Source: Minicystis rosea (GTDB lineage: Bacteria; Myxococcota_A; Polyangia; Polyangiales; Polyangiaceae). Taken from it: DNA of 64,000 bases. The notes under the pieces are model-generated. The model had not been told where the DNA came from. It saw only the letters and a list, made by a program, of their open reading frames with translations, and searched no databases. Below, piece after piece: positions 58,966 through 64,000 of this stretch; positions within the stretch are counted from its first letter, which is position 1; every line of letters begins with the position of its first letter. The stretch spans positions 4,567,573 to 4,631,572 of the forward strand of contig CP016211.1 in assembly GCA_001931535.1 (NCBI GenBank). Reading direction: 5' to 3'. The position numbers were made by a program, and so were the translations under genes.

Positions 58966-60135
58966 ATGCGAGCAATCTGCTGGAACGGCGTCAACGACGT
59001 GCGCGCCGAGCGCGTGCCCGAGCCGAAGATCCTGAACCCGCGCGACGCCATCGTCCGCGTCACCATGTCGTCCGTGTGCGGGTCGGACCTCCACCTGTTG
59101 CACGGCTACATCCCCACGATGAAGGCGGGCGACATCATCGGCCACGAGTTCATCGGTGAGATCGTCGAGACGGGCCCGGGCGTGAAGAACCTGGCGAGGG
59201 GTGATCGCGTCGTCGTCTGCTCCATCCTCGGCTGCGGCGCCTGCTACTACTGCAAGCACCAGCTCTTCTCGCTCTGCGACAACTCGAACCCGAACCACGT
59301 CGTCACCGACAAGCTCTTCGGCGACACCACCGGCGGTATCTTCGGCTACTCGCACGCCTTCGGCGGCTACGCGGGCAGCCACGCCGAGTACGTCCGCGTG
59401 CCGCTCGCCGACGTCGGCGCCTTCCGGGTGCCGGCGGGCATCCCGGACGAGCGCCTCGTCTTCGCCTCGGACGCGCTCGCGACCGGGTACATGGGCGCGG
59501 ACATCGCGGGCATCCAGCGGGGCGACGTGGTCGCGGTGTGGGGGGCCGGCGGCGTCGGGCAGATGGCCATTCGATCCGCGTACCTGCTCGGCGCCGAGCG
59601 CGTCATCGCCATCGATCAGATCCCCGAGCGGCTCGCCGTGGCGCGCGAGAAGGGGCACGCCGAGACCTTGAACTTCCGCGAGGTCGACGTGCTCGAAGCC
59701 CTCCGCGAGCTGACCGGCGGCCGCGGGCCGGACCGCTGCATCGACGCGGTGGGCATGGAGGCCGAGCGCGGAGGCCTGCTCGGCGTCTACGACCGGGTGA
59801 AGCAGGCGCTGCGCCTCGAGACGGATCGGCCCCACGTGCTGCGCCAGGCGATCATGGCCTGCCGCAAGGGCGGCACCCTCTCGATCCTGGGCGTCTACGC
59901 CGGCCTCGTCGACAAGCTCCCCATGGGCGCGGTGATGAACAAGGCGCTCGTGATCCGCACGGGCCAGCAGCACGGGCAGCGCTACATCCCGCGGTTGATC
60001 GAGCACATCGTCCGCGGCGAGATCGATCCCTCGGACCTCGCCACCCACCGCTTGCCCATCGAGGATGCGCAACGCGGGTACGACCTGTTCGCGAGCCGCA
60101 AGGAAGGCTGCCTGCGCGTCGTCTTCACCCCGTGA
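58966..60135 (+). CDS. Zn-dependent alcohol dehydrogenase, formaldehyde-dehydrogenase-like (paralog, ~60% identical to 54776..55948)
   Basis: 'CGSDLHLLHGYIPTMKAGDIIGHEFIGEIVETG', 'CGACYYCKHQLFSLC', 'VWGAGGVG'. Confidence 0.85.
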   Translation: MRAICWNGVNDVRAERVPEPKILNPRDAIVRVTMSSVCGSDLHLLHGYIPTMKAGDIIGHEFIGEIVETGPGVKNLARGDRVVVCSILGCGACYYCKHQLFSLCDNSNPNHVVTDKLFGDTTGGIFGYSHAFGGYAGSHAEYVRVPLADVGAFRVPAGIPDERLVFASDALATGYMGADIAGIQRGDVVAVWGAGGVGQMAIRSAYLLGAERVIAIDQIPERLAVAREKGHAETLNFREVDVLEALRELTGGRGPDRCIDAVGMEAERGGLLGVYDRVKQALRLETDRPHVLRQAIMACRKGGTLSILGVYAGLVDKLPMGAVMNKALVIRTGQQHGQRYIPRLIEHIVRGEIDPSDLATHRLPIEDAQRGYDLFASRKEGCLRVVFTP

Positions 60136-60215
60136 CCGGCCGCAGGCGGGCCCGGCGCCGCCGGCCGCAGGCACCACCGCCCACGCGGACCGCGCCCGTC
60201 GAGGCGAGGTGCAGG

Positions 60216-60360
60216 ACCATCGGCTTCGTCCCGGCGGGGACGGTGACCTTCGTGCAGCGGTTCAGCGCGACGTTGCAGAGCTTCGTGCATCTGCACGTCG
60301 TCGCCATCGACGGTGTCTTCACCCGCGAGACGAGGGGCGGGCCCGCCGTCTTCCACGAGG
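60216..60360 (+). mobile_element. Fragment of an IS91-family (Y2) transposase
   Basis: 'IGFVPAGTVTFVQRFSATLQSFVHLHVVAIDGVFTRE…PAVFHEG' matches the conserved IS91 transposase core ('VTFxQRFGSALNLNxHFHxLVLDGVY'). No complete ORF. Confidence 0.45.
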
Positions 60361-60506
60361 GCCGCGCCCTACGCCGAGCGCGACGCCCGCCTGCTCGGTC
60401 GGCCCGTGGTGCCCGTGGTACACGAGTGGTTCGCGCACACGGCCCCGGGCCCGTGACCACCGTCGCCGCGCGCGCACGACGGTGACGGGCGCGCGTGATC
60501 GCGCCT

Positions 60507-61827
<1,321 letters not shown>

Positions 61828-61848
61828 GCCGGACGAAGCCAGGCCCGA

Positions 61849-62499
61849 TCAGTCGCGCGTCGTCAGGTGGATCGGCAGGAGGTAAAAGAGCGCCGCCAGG
61901 ATGATGAGGATGGCGCTGGCGAGAGGGCTCCACCAGGCGACGACGAACGCGATGGCATAGCCGATCGGCGCCACCAGGTAGCGCGCGGTGTTCGCCTCGA
62001 CCACGTCGGCGGGCAGATCCGGATCGACCAGGCGGCGCTTGTAGGTGGCGTACAACCACAAGGCCGAAAACAAGCTGGCGGTGATCAGGAGCGAGCCGGC
62101 GTAGACGAGGAGCGCCGTGCGCGCCCTCTCGTCGTGCGTGGTCCCGTACGTGCCGATGAGCGCCGTGGGAAACGGGAGGAGCGCGAGCATCATCAGGAAC
62201 AGCACGTTGAGCTTGAGGAAGATGTGATCGGTGCGACGGAAGTAGCTGAAGATACGTACGTGGTGGCTCCAATAAATCCCGAGGTACACGAAGCTCATCA
62301 CGTAGCTCACGTACGTCGGCCACTGGCTCGCCAGGGTGTCGAGGAGCTCACTCGAGTCCGAGATGCCTCGAGGAACCTTGAGCTCGACCACCAGCAACGT
62401 CGCCGCGATCGCGAACACTCCGTCGCTGAGCGCCTCGAGGCGGCTTGTCCCCTCGTGCGTCGTGAGCAGGAGGGCGAGCTTCGGGCGTCGACGCGGCAT
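61849..62499 (-). CDS. DUF1211/TMEM175-family membrane protein (putative K+ channel)
   Basis: 'RLEALSDGVFAIAATLLVVEL' signature and a six-TM layout. Confidence 0.75.
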   Translation of the reverse strand: MPRRRPKLALLLTTHEGTSRLEALSDGVFAIAATLLVVELKVPRGISDSSELLDTLASQWPTYVSYVMSFVYLGIYWSHHVRIFSYFRRTDHIFLKLNVLFLMMLALLPFPTALIGTYGTTHDERARTALLVYAGSLLITASLFSALWLYATYKRRLVDPDLPADVVEANTARYLVAPIGYAIAFVVAWWSPLASAILIILAALFYLLPIHLTTRD

Positions 62500-62513
62500 G
62501 CGCCCGGCCCGGG

Positions 62514-62711
62514 CTAGGGCGTCCGCTCCGCCCGCGCGAGCTTGTCCGCGACCTGGCGGTGGTCGCCGAGCACCTGGATGGCCTCCCCATCCCGGAGCTT
62601 GAGGATGCTCACGTGGTCAGCGTCGCTCGGTTCGGGGCGCAGGCTCACCACATAAGCGGGGTTGATGTAGACCTCGGTCCCGGCCACCTGGTCGTTCAGA
62701 TGCGCAAGCAT
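62514..62711 (-). CDS. Hypothetical small protein (66 aa)
   Basis: Compact ORF '[62 protein letters not shown]' with non-biased composition. Confidence 0.4.
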   Translation of the reverse strand: MLAHLNDQVAGTEVYINPAYVVSLRPEPSDADHVSILKLRDGEAIQVLGDHRQVADKLARAERTP

Positions 62712-62934
62712 CGAAACACCTCCTTCGCAGCGCAAGCCCCGCGCGCGCCAACCATGGGCACGCGCAGCGTCACGTCAATCCCGCGTCCACGGGGATGGCG
62801 CTCGGGAACTGGCAGACGAAGGATGGTCTCCGGCGGATCCATGCGCGCGAGGCGGCGCTCTGGACAGGGAGAGACGAACCGAACTGGCTCGACGCGCCCT
62901 TCTTCGAAAAGGCGAGCTTGCCGCGACTGCGCGC

Positions 62935-63284
62935 GCTCCTCCGCCGCCTTCTTGAGCTTCGTCAGCACGTGCGACGAGACCTGCTGCGGCGAGATCGTTT
63001 TGCCGCCCACCTCGAACACCGCGTCGCCGTTCGGCGCCTTGACGACGGCGAACGGGACGCGCTTGATCTCGTCGGTCACCTCGTCGTACCGCCGCCCGAT
63101 GAAGCGCTTGGCCGAGTAGATGGTGCCGGTCGGGTTCACCACGGCCTGGCGTTTGGCGATCTGGCCGACGAGCACCTCGCCGCGCTCGTCCCAGGCAACG
63201 ACGGACGGCGTGAGGCGCGATCCCTCCTGGTTGGGGACGACCTTCGCCTCTCTCCCCTCCATCACGGCGACGACGCTGTTGGTC
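62935..63284 (-). pseudogene. dnaK: dnaK (Hsp70) N-terminal fragment (~115 codons) with a 1-nt frameshift at codon 6 and truncation after 'LKKAAEE'
   Basis: 'MAKII' then a -1 frameshift, then '…[25 protein letters not shown]…[80 protein letters not shown]', followed by an unrelated sequence and a stop. Confidence 0.65.
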
Positions 63285-63321
63285 GTGCCGAGGTCGATTC
63301 GATGATCTTGGCCATGGTGAC

Positions 63322-63825
63322 CTACGCGACCTTCCTCGCGGGTTCTTGGGGCACGACGCTCTCGGGCAGCTCCCCGCCGATGGCGAACGACGCGATGCGG
63401 GGGCGCTCGAGCCGCGCGAACTCGTCGTATGGGATCTCGATGCAGTCGCTCCGGGAGAACGCCTCGAACACGATGGCGGAGGCGATCGTCACGCGCGTGT
63501 CGACGATGGTGAGCGCGCCGAGCGCGCTACCGAGCGGTGGAATCGGCGCCGCCGCACCGGTGAACGGCGGCGGCAGATCGTCGGGTGTGGCTTCGATGAC
63601 CTCCACCTTGAGCTCGTTCACGAGCGCGGGCAGATCTACCTTGGTGCCCCGGGGCACACAGGCGACGGCAGCCCGGCCGCCGGCCAGGAGCACCATCGTG
63701 TCGACGAAGAGACCGCCCGGGGGCACGGGGTGCGCGACCTCCGGGAGCGGCTTGGGAGATGGCTGACTCGAGAGACGGAACGAGATGCCGCTCTTTTTCA
63801 GATGGTTGACGATACGACCCAGCAT
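63322..63825 (-). CDS. YbaK/ProX-like aminoacyl-tRNA deacylase-domain protein
   Basis: '[57 protein letters not shown]' resembles the YbaK/ProX editing domain. Confidence 0.55.
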   Translation of the reverse strand: MLGRIVNHLKKSGISFRLSSQPSPKPLPEVAHPVPPGGLFVDTMVLLAGGRAAVACVPRGTKVDLPALVNELKVEVIEATPDDLPPPFTGAAAPIPPLGSALGALTIVDTRVTIASAIVFEAFSRSDCIEIPYDEFARLERPRIASFAIGGELPESVVPQEPARKVA

Positions 63826-64000
63826 GCATCGACTCGCAAGCGATCCGCGGACCAGCCCCCACGTTGTGCCGGCGTTGCACAACCCTTTCTCGATCTGCGG
63901 AGGCACTCGCCTGGGTGCTGTCCCGAGGAGGATTTCACCGCGCTCGATCCGGCGTTTCCGGCCCCGGAGGGGCCGCGACTGCTCGAGATGATCTGACCGC

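Overview
High-GC (~68-70%) bacterial chromosomal window. The myxobacterial-type Cys-rich repeat protein (CGNGxxExGEECDDGN), an Oar-like TonB-dependent receptor, many lipoproteins and several ECF/sigma-70 factors point to a myxobacterium (Myxococcota, Sorangiineae-like). About 50 genes look intact. They include a partial sensor kinase, a Kelch/WGR/DUF1963 protein, PAP2, a DUF1111 di-heme enzyme, a four-gene operon of c-type cytochrome lipoproteins, a GT2-GtrA-MMPL lipid glycosylation/export cassette, two ECF sigma loci (one a segmental duplicate), an ExbB-ExbD-TonB-Oar cluster with a sigma-70, a LytS/LytTR pair, two inverted SRPBCC+Zn-ADH modules, and LysR/MarR/SDR/NmrA housekeeping genes. Two decay zones (about 25.3-35.2 kb and 60.1-61.8 kb) are full of pseudogene fragments and mobile-element debris. 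They hold one apparently complete group II intron with an intact RT/maturase, an orphan intron DV-DVI remnant, an internal group II intron fragment, IS66 and IS91 transposase fragments, histidine-kinase, AraC, response-regulator, OYE and dnaK pseudogenes, and a DUF2130 putative nuclease. Repeats of note are a ~40-bp motif that appears to be the intron homing site (three copies, two occupied), a ~700-bp duplication of an ECF sigma gene carrying a 5' remnant of its anti-sigma, a conserved 5' leader shared by two lipoprotein genes, and several strong palindromes. No CRISPR array, rRNA or convincing tRNA was seen. Start coordinates are chosen by eye and are approximate.
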